Positions 13,602 through 27,656 of a stretch of DNA of 64,000 nucleotides are shown piece by piece. The position numbers were made by a program, and so were the translations under genes. Position 1 is the stretch's first letter, and each line of letters opens with the position of its first letter. This stretch comes from Octopus vulgaris (Eukaryota): contig OX597826.1 of assembly GCA_951406725.2 (NCBI GenBank), positions 62,310,001-62,374,000 of the forward strand. The letters run 5' to 3'. Under the pieces are notes generated by a model. That model did no database searches. It had not been told where the DNA came from and saw only the letters and a list, made by a program, of their open reading frames with translations.

Positions 13602-15667
13602 TGTTTCTTTATTAGCCACACAGGGCTGCACACAGATAGAACAAATTACAAGGTAGAGCTTTTCTTTTGAAGGTTTAAAAGAATAAAAATAATAATAATA
13701 ATAATAAAATAAAAAATAAAATAAAATAAAAAAGGGGGGTCGATCAAAAGGGATCGTAAAAGGAGAGAAAGAGGACAAAAAAAGGGGGGTTAAAAAAAAA
13801 AAAGGGGGGGAAAAAAAATTGATCAATAGGGATCGTTATCACAGAAATGTCAATATGAAGTGTAAAGGGGAGGACAGGTGAGGTTTACCCGTGGAAAGAA
13901 AAGCCTACGGAAAAGACCACGGTAACCTCGGTCAATGAAGTCACATGTTATATTTCTTTTTTTTTTTTTTTTTCAAATAAGCAACTCTCTGTATTAATTT
14001 TTACGGTTCATAGAATAATAGTCAAGGTGGCTTCGTCATTCATACGTGCCATCCTTGCTACATTCACCCATCTTTTTTTAAAACATTCACTAGACAAAAC
14101 TTGCCTCTCTACTCTCACTTTTTTCTTCAAGTGATACTTGAAGAAGTTGATGAGAGATTGACCAGAGAGGAAAGTGTTTGTCTCTAATCCTTTCAGACGC
14201 GTCCACCAGATACATTCTTTCGCCATAGCCACAAGTATGATAAAAATAGCTCTTCCTTCCCGTTTGAAGGAAGGAGGCGTGACGATATTAACGATAGACT
14301 CGGCGGATAAACCGACACGTCCCACACGTGACAGCAGTCGTTCGACATAAGCCCACAGGTGGGAAATTGCTGGACACTGCACGATTGCGTGCAGAGCGGT
14401 TTCGTCGCTCTGCCCGCATCTCGGGCAGGTCGGCCCCGTGTTTCTCGAGCCATGCCTATAGAGCTTATCCCGAACGGGTAGCGCTTCTCGGTAGCACCGC
14501 CAGGCCAGGGATCTCTGGAAGTTGTCCATAGGTCCCGGGCCGAAAGTCGTTTGAAACAGGCGGGTCAGGTATTCCTCGTCGACGCCCAGGTTTGCCCCGA
14601 GCTCGTCGTCGTACCTCCCCTCCACTAATCCCCTATAGAATGCTTTGGTTGTGTTGAAGTCACTCAAGGTCGACCCGGGACGGCAGAGTTGCTTGAGAGC
14701 AACGCGACACTCGCGGTGCCATTCGCCCTTCTTCGGCCTCTTTTTGATCCACGACTGTAGTTCGGTCATGGAGACGAGTTGCGGGAATGCGTGCCTCACA
14801 AAAGGCGACCACACCTGTTCACCGTCGTCTACATAGAGCCAGAGATGTCGCAGTCTCAGCGCGTGTCTGCGCATCATCAACCACGGCATGCCCAGCCCTC
14901 CTTTTAACGGGTGTTGACAGCAAATGGATCGCCTGACCATCGGGACGCATCCTTTCCACAAGAAGCGAAAGAGGATGCGTTGTAGTTTGGTGATGGTAGG
15001 GTCGGGACAAGGTACGACGGTCAGGCGGTAGTAGATGACGGACGCGATGTACGTATTCGCCACCTCCGCTCGACCTTTTAGGGACAGTTTCCTCTCGGCC
15101 CATTGCCGGGCGAGAGTGACCACCCTACTCGTTATCTCGTTCCAGTTCTTCTCCACTTGGAGGTCCGGACCAAACCAGACCCCGAGCAACTCAACCGGGC
15201 CGTCGGTCCAGCGTCCCACGACGGAGGCGCTGGTGGACGGCATGGGCTTGCTTCTCCAGGTGCCTAGTCGCAAGCCCACTGACTTTTCCCGGTTGATTTT
15301 CGCTCCTGTCACCGCTTCGTAGTTTTTCAGTGTCTCGCCGACCAGCTCGATGTGCTCGTGGCTAGACACTATGACGGTGACGTCGTCCGCGTATGCAGAC
15401 ACGCTCGTCCCGCATCCCAATTCTCGCGGGATGCCTCTTAGAGTCGCCAGCTTCCGCAGTAGTGGCTCAAGAGTCAATACGTATAGAAGCGCCGAGAGGG
15501 GGCATCCCTGACGGACCGAACGTGCAATGTCGAAAGGTCTCGATAGATGTCCATTTACGCGAATTACCGAACGGATGCCTCTGTACAAGGCAGCTATCCA
15601 GCCGCGGAAGGCTGCCTTGTACAGAGGCATCCGTTCGGTAATTCGCGTAAATGGACATCTATCGAGA
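13601..15667 (-). mobile_element. 5'-truncated Tx1/L1-clade non-LTR retrotransposon inserted in a (GATA)n/(TATC)n microsatellite
   Basis: Contains the RT ORF below; 3'UTR ends AATAAAGAAACAT directly into (ATCT)n; (GATA)n on both flanks (13549-13600 and 15665-15744); GC-rich relative to flanks. Confidence 0.92.
14008..15610 (-). CDS. Tx1/L1-type ORF2 C-terminal part: reverse transcriptase plus zf-RVT zinc finger (no true start codon)
   Basis: SVRQGCPLSALLYVLTLEPL, SAYADDVTV, GAKINREKS, ELLGVWFG, LSLKGRAEVAN, GGLGMP, CPRCGQSDETALHAIVQC; uninterrupted over ~530 codons. Confidence 0.95.
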
Positions 15668-15672
15668 TAGAT

Positions 15673-15745
<73 letters not shown>

Positions 15746-15843
15746 CACAAACACAAACACCTTTTTTCTACTCTAGGCAGAAGGAACGAAATTTTGTGGG
15801 AGGAGACTAGCTGATTAGGTTGATAACGGCGGAATTTGAGTAG

Positions 15844-16278
15844 ATCTCTGTGGAATTTGAGCGGACCTAGGTAGCAGTTGAATAAAGTTAAATAAACATG
15901 TCAAAGTTAAATAAATTTAGACTTGAACAAAGTTAATTGAACTTTATGAGCATAACAAAATATATATTTTTTACTATTAAAATACCATAATAAAAAGCGT
16001 GAAAACTAGACTCTTTTAAATTTATTCAACTGATATATTAATCTATACACATTTACACAAATTCAAAACAGTATATATATATATATATTATATTAAATTA
16101 GAGATAAAACCACTATTAGGCAAATCAAACTGGTGAATGATACTAGTAGCTGAAGACAGAAATCAGGAGTAAAGAGAAGTGGATAAAATCTCTGTGGAAT
16201 TTGAGCGGACCTAGGTTGCAGTTGAATAAAGTTAAATAAACATGTCAAAGTTGAATAAATTTAGACTTGAACAAAGTT

Positions 16279-16309
<31 letters not shown>

Positions 16310-16356
16310 AACATACACACACACATACACACACACACACACGCACGCACACACAC

Positions 16357-16409
<53 letters not shown>

Positions 16410-16586
16410 CATATATATACATATATATGCGTAAGTGTATGTGTATGTGTGACGCAGGCAACATGGATAAACGGACAATAGTATCATGTGTCTGTACGAG
16501 ATGTAGTGATTAGAAATACACTGATTTTATCCACTTCTCTCTGCCTCTGATTTCTGTCTTCAGCTACTTGTATCATTCACCAGTTT
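15844..16586. repeat. Compound repeat: 98-bp direct repeat (15844-15941 / 16188-16285) plus 64-bp inverted repeat (16127-16190 / 16523-16586)
   Basis: ATCTCTGTGGAATTTGAGCGGACCTAGGT...AAGTTAATTGAA occurs twice; AAACTGGTGAATGATAC.AGTAGCTGAAGACAGAAATCAG...GAGAAGTGGATAAAATC occurs with its reverse complement. Confidence 0.88.
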
Positions 16587-18269
16587 ATCTATGTTACTTT
16601 TAATCTCTTCCTTGAATTCCATTCGAATTTACGTTGATTTCTATTACCCACAGAAAACAATGCGCTTCTGTAATTGTGTGGATATCTCCCATTCTGTGAA
16701 AATTTTGATATTCCAATATCTCATCCGTGCTGGAGAGTTTGCCATGCATCAGGATTAGGATGTTCTAAAGTTTGTATCCCACTCTCATGCTCATGATCTG
16801 TTTTCCATTTGATTTTTTACCAGTGTCCAGTCTTCAATGTATGCAGTTATTTTGTATTCATTTTTGCATTTCATTTGTTTATCGTTTATCCTCCCTAGCT
16901 TCGATTCGTATAACATTGTGCATAATAATATTGCTCTGGCTCAGGATACATTGAACTTCACTTAAACATTTGAGTATCTCTTGTTATATATGAGGTCTTC
17001 TGAAACTCAGTGAACATAGAGACATTCTTTTAAGATCCTTGTAAATCAGAGATTAGGACATCATTCCTATGGTCTCCGCGCGCCAGGTTCGAAAAACTCT
17101 TCTTAAATTATTTGTAGAGTGTGTGTAAACGTACAACCTCTGTGACATGGACGGAATCCGAGGGCCCCATAGCCACAACAAACTCAGCCCTTGACTGTCT
17201 ATACCAACGATCTCTCTGGAAAGAAATTAGAGGTTTCCTGCCTAAGAATATAGTATTCCTACGTAACAGCATAGAGTTTCCTACCTTAGAGTATAGCTCA
17301 ATCTGTCTAATATCGGTAAATTTCTAGCTGTAATCGCCTTGAAATCGGCAAGAAGAAATAGTTTATGTTGAACTTTATGTATGTGGTATTGGTCGAACCG
17401 CGAAGATGTTCGAAGCTGCGTATCACCTCCTTGGTACACTTCAACAGACTCAGGTTTACGTGTTCCTCGCCTTAGCAATATATCTATATAATAATCAGCT
17501 TGTTCTACCGCTCGTTATAATTAGCTAGATAGAGAGGTGAAGGTGTATTGAGTGAGAGGTGGAGTAAGAGTAATGGAGAGAGAGAGAAAGACAGAGTAGG
17601 CATGAAGAAGGATGAGAGGAAGAAGTAGAGAAAAGTGATTAATTTTAATACACTTTGGCCAAATGCGTCACGTGGTCAGCTGAGGGGTAGTAACGAAGAA
17701 CGAGAGACAAAGACGACGAGAGAAAAAAGGGAGAGATAAGTGTTAACGACGTGCGGTGGGGTGAGAAAAATATTTATTACTTAGTGAAAAGCTAACAGAT
17801 GGGAAAAGTGGAGAGAGGTTGACAGAGGAGGCAATTACATTGAGAGAGAACGGGTGAGGATAGGTGGCAGTGGACGTCGTGGTGTGTTGATATTGAAAGG
17901 TATTTTCCTTTATTGAACTAATTGTTAACAGCGACAAATGCATACACATAAGTGCAATTATTTATCGTCTGCGCACATAAAACTTGATATTTGTTTATAA
18001 GGGAAAATTCAGCTTAATTTCTGTATAGCTAAGAAACAAAGTTGCAAGATGCCCGTGAAATGATGCGAAGATATAAAGCATGGAGCAGAGAAGGACAGCG
18101 AAAAGAGGAAAGATACCAAAGAAGACATGAGGAAATAAATGTAGACGAAGATCAAGAATATTTAAAGAAAGCAAAGCTATGAATGTTATAAAATTACAAA
18201 TCATCGTTTCTTTCTGAAAGAGGTGCTCTTAACTTTTTCCAGTCTATGGAATTTCCACGGGTGCTACCA

Positions 18270-18358
<89 letters not shown>

Positions 18359-18360
18359 TG

Positions 18361-18408
<48 letters not shown>

Positions 18409-19194
18409 TATTTATTTACTACTCCGATTTTGCGTATGTGAATCTCAGGGTTGTGTCATATATGGAGTCTCCACTTTTGTAGAAAATGGAAATAGTCTCT
18501 GACTGCCATTTCTAATTCATTCGGTATGCGGCAGAGCAACATGTTGCCTGCCCTTTTAATTATATATATATATATGTGTGTGTGTCTGTATGCACACACA
18601 CACATACACATGCACACATTCACACTCACATACATGCATACATATATGGACCTCTGTGTGTGTGTGTATGCTTATGTTTGTGTGTACGCGCGTGTGTGAG
18701 TTCGAAGCATATAACACTCTATTAACATTGCAATTATGTAGAAAGACTTCATAAATATTTTCGTTTGAATTATATAAATTTCAAGAAATATCTACTAAGT
18801 TTTTATTGGAAAACAATGGATGTTTATTAATATTTAAATGATGAATGATTCTATTAATTTATTTATTTCATTTTGATGACTTAAAGGAAACTGAGAATGA
18901 GTAAGGGAAAGAGAGGGCGTGGCCATGAGACATAGAACATATCTGGTGTTCTGCAAATTTGGTATGTCTATGCATATCTATCTATCTCTCTACCTATCAA
19001 TCTACACACCTATTTGTCTATCTAGCTAACTACTATCTATCTAACTGTGTATCTGCCTATGTGTATCTATAATTCTGTATATATATACACATAATCAAAC
19101 ATAGCGTATGATTTTGTACGGAAGGATATATGCTTACCTACACATACACGCATGTATGTATGTATGTATGTATGTATGTATACATGTATGTATG

Positions 19195-19278
<84 letters not shown>

Positions 19279-19583
19279 AATGAATGTGTTTGTGCGTGTA
19301 TGAATAAGATGTAGAGTTTCGTCGATTTGTGACTGTTATTATTATACGAGATACTTTGACAATCATCCATAAACGAGTTTTCCTGCGCAATTAGAAATAC
19401 CTTTTTGCTTTAAATTAACTTTGATGAAATGTTTAATGGTATTATACACATAACCTCTCTCCGACAGATAGTCACACTGATGCACACACAAGCGCACGGA
19501 TATGTAAGCGCACGCACAAAAGCACACACAAACACAACTACATAAACAGACACACCTATTTGTATACATATATGTATATATAG

Positions 19584-19658
<75 letters not shown>

Positions 19659-19714
19659 GCATATATATGTGAAATTTAGATACAAATGTATCAATCTGTC
19701 AGCGTACATATATT

Positions 19715-19765
<51 letters not shown>

Positions 19766-19955
19766 AAGTACAATAAAGATTATTGATTATAACTAACAAA
19801 TTATTATTTTAAAATAGTAATTTTATTTCTTCCACATTTTCCTATTAATGGAGTCATTAATCTTCGTTTCTGGCTTTTTTCATTTTGCAACGAATTTACT
19901 TTAACTCAAATTCGATCTATTCAATTATATACACATACGTAAATATACAAACATA

Positions 19956-20008
<53 letters not shown>

Positions 20009-20014
20009 TACTGC

Positions 20015-20047
<33 letters not shown>

Positions 20048-20739
20048 GACACAACATATCTTCATATACTTGAACTGGAACGTACACTCGCATATGTCCA
20101 TAAACATAAATATATATATATATATATACATAAGTACATATGCAGATATAATGTGTCTACGGTCGACTTTATCACCGTTATCAGCCTGTACAGATCGCTT
20201 TTTATAAAACAATAATGTATAGTTACTTTGGTAAGCAATCTTTATGAGTCTATATATCGTTCAGCGGATGGTGTTGAAAACGCCACAGGACTTCCACCGT
20301 TATTATCTCAATAATCATGATCATCATCGTGATATTCTTCATCTTTACCTTCGTCACCATCATTTCCATCATTAACATTATCATCAGTGTTTATCACCAT
20401 CATTATCTTCGTCGTCGTCGTTGTCGTCATCATTATAATCGTCTTCGTCAACATCATCATCATCAGCATTATCATCATCATCTTCATCACCACCACTAAA
20501 CTATTACAGTTTATTTGCCTCATGTTATTTTATCATTATTTTATCTTTATTTTATATTATTTTATTTCATTTTATTTTGAGTCGCTTCCAAAAAATATTC
20601 TTTTGCTATTATCAGGTATAGTTGAAGACATTTGCTCACATATATTGTAATCTCTATATATGTTTTTTTATAAAATACCCAAGTTCCAGGATGCCGGCTA
20701 CCATATATTACATGAGCCTAAAATCGCAGTTACTATACA

Positions 20740-21760
20740 AATTCGGCTGTCATAAAGGAATTACATGAGAAAAAAAGGAAATGAGAATACAAAAGAGCGC
20801 GAGAGGGGAGTGTAATGGGATGGAAAAAACTGAACACTTTTCAACAAATATTGTTTGGAGCGATGAGACTCCATCTTCATTAATTGGCTCAATAAACGTC
20901 ATAGATGCACATCTTAGAGACCCGAGAATTGTCATATTCCGGAGAAATATTACGTTTCGTTACCTGGAGTTAGATTAAGGTACGGTTTATCATCAACAAG
21001 ATTAATGGAGCCATTCTTTTCTGACTGTACCCTGACTGCTCTTTTTCACTTCAACTTACTGCGACAATCTGTCGTACCAGCCTTCAAGACAACTTTGAAG
21101 ATGTGGAGGTTTATTTCCTGCAAGTGTCACATTAGTATGAGGGGATGCTGAAAAGTTCCGACTATAAGGGTGTCGCGAATGGCCTTGTTCGAGGCCAACT
21201 ATGCGAGTTCTTTTACAGGGCTTGGAAAAAAACTGAAGGACCACTGCAACAAGTTTATAGTTTATGAATCTGAGAGGGGAATATGGTGGGTATAATCACA
21301 ATTAGCTGATCCTCCTGTATTTTCTTTTACCCAAAGCAAGAAACTTTCTGCACACCCTCGCATTTTTGCCGGTGCCAGCTTTGATGAAATTCTTCCATAC
21401 AAGTGGATTGGACGAAAATGTTTAGTAGAATTCTTCCGCGCACTCCGAACCTTTCACCATTATAATTCTTAATAGAGAAAGATAAATTTTACGGTACAAA
21501 ACCAATAACAATCGATAAATAGAGAGCAGCTATTGAACGAGAATGCGTACAAATATCAAATGGAATCTTTAATGATGCTTCTGGTTCCACTGCTTCGGGT
21601 CATCATCACCGTAGGGGTCAAAATGGACATGAGTTTGAAAACCGGAATCCATAAAGAATCATTTTCTGCCAGCAGGTTTTATTAAAGTTTGAAATGAAAT
21701 ATCTTTTAATAAACACTGACTTTCTGATCATTCAAACTAATGTGCACAGCTTCTAGGGCA
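20740..21760 (+). pseudogene. Highly decayed Tc1/mariner-superfamily transposase interrupted by a MITE
   Basis: Residual motifs IVWSDE, LPGV...GLSS..LMEPFFF, KWIGRK and PRTPNLSPL*F (compare WPPRSPDLTPLDF); many stops and frameshifts. Confidence 0.7.
21136..21362 (+). mobile_element. Mariner-type MITE nested in the decayed transposase
   Basis: TIRs TATGAGGGGATGCTGAAAAGTT and (rc) TGCGAGGGTGTGCAGAAAGTT. Confidence 0.75.
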
Positions 21761-21903
21761 ATATGCGTGCATTGTGTGTATGTCTGTTTGTGTATGTATT
21801 TACGTATGTATGCATATGTACACGTGTATATTTATGAATGTACATATGCATGATATATGCATGTGTGTATATATAATATAAACTTGCATATATATGTATA
21901 TAT

Positions 21904-21973
<70 letters not shown>

Positions 21974-22812
21974 GTATATATATGTATATATATATAAGTA
22001 TATATATAAATGTGTATATATATTTATATGTATGTATATATGTATGTATGAGTGTGTATGTGTGATTGTGTATATTTCGATTGTTATTCTGTTATTTCGA
22101 ATGTATGACCTTACACTGAAGTTTAGATTGTACTTCTTAAATACAAGAATACAAGCCTGTGTGTTTGTGTGTTTAAGAGGGAAAGTAAGAGAGGAGAAGA
22201 GAAAGAGAGAGAGAGAGAAAGAAAGCAAGGAAGAAAGAAAGAAAGAAAGAAAGAAAAGATGGATATGATGACTGTGTTGTGTTTTGTTCCCCAAATATAA
22301 TTGTATACATTTTTCAATATGAAACCGGAAAACAGTTATTTGAAAGAAATTAATAAATACAATTAATTTAGCTCCAATAACAAAAAGTGGAGGGAAGAAA
22401 ATACTATGAACGTAAAACTTCAGAAAAAGCATGTATAAAGTATTCGTAATAATTTTTCTATGAAGTAAAGTGTTTATGTTTCAAGTATGCTGCGCAGAAA
22501 GCTTTGTCTATCAATTTTATTTTCTTTCATTTCAAAAAATTATACTGTTCTCTCAACACATTAGAAACATGAATATTCATGAAAGATATCGATAAAATTG
22601 ATTAGTAGCAAGTCTGTATGCATGTAATATATATATGTGTGTGTGTGTGTGTGCGTGTGTGCGTATGTGCATAAGGATAAACACGTACGAATGCATGCAT
22701 ACATGCACACGCATACGCATATGCATGATAACTTGAGGTTATTAAAACAAATTTTAAGTATAACGATGTACGCATGTAAGCTGGTACATGTGTGTATATG
22801 TGTGTATGCATA

Positions 22813-22853
<41 letters not shown>

Positions 22854-22932
22854 GCATATATATACATGTATATACATATATATATATATACATACATACC
22901 TATATATATTTGTATTTATCTAGCTATCTATA

Positions 22933-23101
<169 letters not shown>

Positions 23102-23185
23102 GTATGTACACACAGACAGAAAGTATTCATATACATAAAATCAGACATACGCATTTATATGTATCTAATATATTTTCATTAGAAT

Positions 23186-23216
<31 letters not shown>

Positions 23217-24039
23217 TATTGCTGCATCTCACTTCCTTACCAACGAAATTAAATATATCGACTAATCATGTTATACACACACATACACAGATGGATATAA
23301 CAGAAATATATATTCAAATATATATGTGTGTGTGTGTGTGTGTGTGTATGTGTGTGCATGTGTATATTTATGTGTGCCTGTGTGTCCGTGTGAGTAACAA
23401 GAGAGGGAGAGAATGAACGAAGCCAGAAGTTCCACCTCATTCACATGCATCTCTTTTGAAAGTTAACACTACAAAACTAAAGGCAAAGAATGTATTTCGC
23501 AAGTAAAATAAAAAGTAAAAAAATAAATACATAAAGTTTACACCCGATACCCGCTGAATATAGAATTCAAAAACACGTATATCATCAATATTGTAATTAA
23601 GTTTAATAATTTTCTAGTCCATACTTCTGGGTGTGTTTGCTGAATTTGTATATGTATGTTCCTGTGTGTATATGTGTACGCCTGTATTTTCTTCTGTGTG
23701 TTATTTTACTGATTATTTTTAATGAAGAATATTGATATAATTATTTTTCTCCTTTCATTATATTATTACCCTAATGTGTTCTTGGCGAAAAGCCGTAAAT
23801 TTCCTCTTTGTCTTCTGTGAATTTCATCTTTGGCACATTGCCCAGAACTTAAGTGTCAACTACCAGCAAACCTAGGTCCACTGAGGTATTGTTAGAACGT
23901 GTCACATTTCTATAAAACATATAAGACAAGCCAACACTTATCGCTATTATTTTTAGCGTTGTTCTTTTTGTTTTACTCTAAACTCATTTAAATTGCGATC
24001 CACTTGTCCCTTGATTATCCTCCTTTTAAGGTATATTTG

Positions 24040-24215
24040 TAGGCAGAATCGAAACAGTATCGGAAAATGTGCTTTGTTGTAATTCTTCTGGAGTCTTAGG
24101 TTCAGATCATATAACTTCAAGTCTGCCTTTCATCCTTTCGGGGGTCTATGATATAAAATTCCTGTCAAGTACATTGCAATAGAATATCACCCGAAAATTA
24201 CTGGCCTTGTGTTAA
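24040..24215 (+). mobile_element. SINE family B, degenerate
   Basis: GGCAGAATCG..., GGTTCAGAT, TGCCTTTCATCCTTTCGGGG core, CCCGAAAATTACTGGCCTTGTG tail. Confidence 0.6.
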
Positions 24216-24247
24216 AATTTAAAGCAATTATTTTTCTTTTTTCTTTT

Positions 24248-24735
24248 TAGTGAGAGAGCAGTACATGCCATCAAACAGTCACTGGGTTGCAAATATACGA
24301 AGCCTAGTATACACATCCTGACTAACCGTTTGATAAGGGTACAGCAGGCACATACATGACAACTATATGTGCGCGACATGGTGATCTCAAACAGCGCATG
24401 ACCCTGCAGCTGAGGCCCAGTTAGAATTTTCATCACGTCAAGTTGCCCATCCTATCCAAAAAGTCCCTGAAGAAGTTTTCTTTACGGGGTGTTGAACGAA
24501 ACAAAAATATTTCCTCAAGTGAATTATTCAACCCCAAAGAATTTCTTTGTGATACTCCCTCACTACTTTTGCTCGTGATTAGAGATGCACCTATGGTCAG
24601 ACACTAAGTGACAGGCTCAGCAAATCTGCGGAATGGTGCAGAATATTTGCTGTAGCCCACATTGCTACCATTTATACCGAGACAAAACGCATGGGTAACA
24701 TTTCCAATCAGTTAAAATCAGAAACATAGGAGTCT
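24248..24735 (-). mobile_element. Interspersed repeat family C (probable retroelement 3' portion)
   Basis: Colinear over ~400 bp with 30727-31140 (GAGAGCAG..ATG..ATCAAA, AAATATACGAA, ACATGGTGATCTCA, AACAGCGCATGAC, TTAGAATTTT, TGCTCGTGAT.AGAGATGCAC). Confidence 0.7.
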
Positions 24736-24858
24736 GTGCCTGGTACAGCATCAGAGTACATTCTTCTTCTTCTTCTTCTTCTTCTTCTCATCCCCCTTCT
24801 CCTCCCTCTCCTTCTTCTTCTTCTCTCCGTCCTCCTCCTTCTCCTCCTCTTCTTCTAC

Positions 24859-24905
<47 letters not shown>

Positions 24906-25788
24906 TATCATTAATATTTTTAACTTTTTGGCTGACGGAAACCCCCACATTTGTGTGTCGCATTTCGTCCTTTGTATTATTCTCAAAAAAACTCCTTGTG
25001 CAGAAACTATTATTTTCATTAATGCTATTTTTTTAGAATTCTTCACCTAGATCAATTTCTATGCATGATATTTGTTATCAATATGCAGTTATTATTTGCT
25101 GGAAAAAGTTTGCCTGTTTATATCTTTCTTCAATCCACACCCCTTTCTAATAAAACCTCATTCTTTATCTATACAAACAAAGCAGAAATGTTTATAACCA
25201 AAGATTTAGTATTGTAAATATCTTAGATGCGTCTGTAATTGTGAAAATTCGATTTCTTTAGTTATTTTGGTGTCGATTTATTTTCGTAGATTAATATGAG
25301 ATGAAGTATCTTCTTAAATGGTCTTTGCATTGCGCGTTTGGCGTTATATATTTTCATAATTACGAACAGTATGTACTCAGTAAAGTTTTATGGGATGTTT
25401 GATATCACTGTGTGGCAACTGCATAGAATATCGAATTAGCATGATCCTATGTTTCAAATATGATATAAGTACCGCGTATCGATTACGTAGTAACACGTAC
25501 GGAAGTATTGTCTGCGGAGTTTGTATTATTTGCTGGTGAGTGTTTTAGATTACAGTGATGTGAGAGTTGGATCATACGGTTTGGAGATAATTCCTTGGAG
25601 TATGTGAGATCATGTAAGTACTGTAAGGTCAGTCATAATATTGGGTACTGAATATATTGAGCATATCAATGCATTACGCACATAGGAACAATAAAAGTAT
25701 TAGATATACTACTAGCGACAGCACTCGCACCGGTAGTGGTGGAAGTAAGTGTAGTAGTAGCAGCAGTAGTAGTAGCAGTAGTAGTAGC

Positions 25789-25832
<44 letters not shown>

Positions 25833-26003
25833 CAGTAATAGCAGCAGCAGCAGTACTTTTAGTAGTAGTAGTTGTAGTAGTAGTAGTAGCAGGAGCAGGA
25901 CCAACAGTTATAGGGTTGAAAGCGGCATTGCTGTTTTATTGTGTGCTGTTGCAAATGTTCGCTGTGGTGCTAACGGTGATGTTCATATACAATACATATA
26001 TAT

Positions 26004-26130
<127 letters not shown>

Positions 26131-26627
26131 TACATATATATATATGTATGTTTGTGTGTGTATATATATATATATATATACATATATATGTGTATGCTTG
26201 TATGTATATATGTATATACGCATCCATGTGTGTATGTACGTATGTATATGCATGTATGGATAGATGGATCTATGCATGTCTATATACGCATATATAAGCA
26301 TACGCTTGAATGTAAGTCTATGTATGTGAGTGTACATTATGTGTGTATATATATATGTATATGTATGCATGTAGGTATATGTATATATGTCTGTGTGTGT
26401 ATGTGTGTGTGTAATAAGCAGGTGAAGGGAAGGGTGCACACTGCTATTGCCGAAGAATTTACTGATATAATTTATGATCTTACCTAAAAAAAATGAAGAA
26501 CTTACATATTTAGAGGTGGTGGTGGTATGTGTGTGTGGGGGGTATCTTCTGAAGAATCGATAACTTTCCATTCTATTGATTTAAAACCATAGTAATATAC
26601 GAGCACGCAGACACACACATGCATATG

Positions 26628-26676
<49 letters not shown>

Positions 26677-26707
26677 TGTATGTGTACGTGTGCGTGTGTA
26701 TACAGAG

Positions 26708-26770
<63 letters not shown>

Positions 26771-27372
26771 GATAAACAGATAGATACACGCACACACACT
26801 CACGCACACACACACACACACACATATATATGTATATGTATATATATTTGTACATGAATATATCATATATATATATATATATATATATGTATATGTATAT
26901 ATTTGTGTGTTTATTTCTACATATGTATGTTTGAGTATTTTGATGTATGATATTAAAACTGTTATTCGCCATTTGACGTTAATCAATATTCTCGTATTTT
27001 ATAACCTCATTTTTAACTCTCGCTCTCCCCTTGTTACTCACTCATTCTGCATGTATGCATGCCTGAGTGCTTTCGTGGGTGAGTTGTATTTGTTTTGTAT
27101 GTGTGTGTGTAAGTGTGTGTGTGCGATCGTGTGTGTGTGCGTAATAAAAGGGATAAGTAGCCGAAATGTCTTAACATTTTTTCCCGCAAGCCAGCAAGTA
27201 TACACAAATACGCACTAACTTCAGCATTTCAACTGCTTGGGATACGTGGAACTCTGTATATGGATGCATCTTCAGAATCGGGATAGATGTCCGTTTATTG
27301 TTGTATGTAAGTCTAGTGTGTAGTGTATTATATACGCACTTGAAGGTCTCTGCTTCACTCTTCACTCTCTCC

Positions 27373-27453
<81 letters not shown>

Positions 27454-27617
27454 GGTATATATGTATGTATATATATATGTATGTAGGTATATATAGGCGT
27501 ATATATATATATATATATATATAAGGGTATGTGCGCATGTACCCATCTGTCGACTTCTCTACGTTTCTCTTCTACTGTCGCTCTTTATGGATATATATAT
27601 ATATATATATTTATATG

Positions 27618-27656
<39 letters not shown>

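Noticed and set aside
15611-15756. N-terminal 48 aa of the 582-aa ORF
   Set aside because: Derived from the (TATC)n target and the inverted duplication, not from the retrotransposon ORF; the element is 5'-truncated and has no real start.
19300-19375. Minus-strand TGGATGA...GAC-GAAAC hammerhead-like words
   Set aside because: Core is mutated and stems I/III do not pair convincingly.
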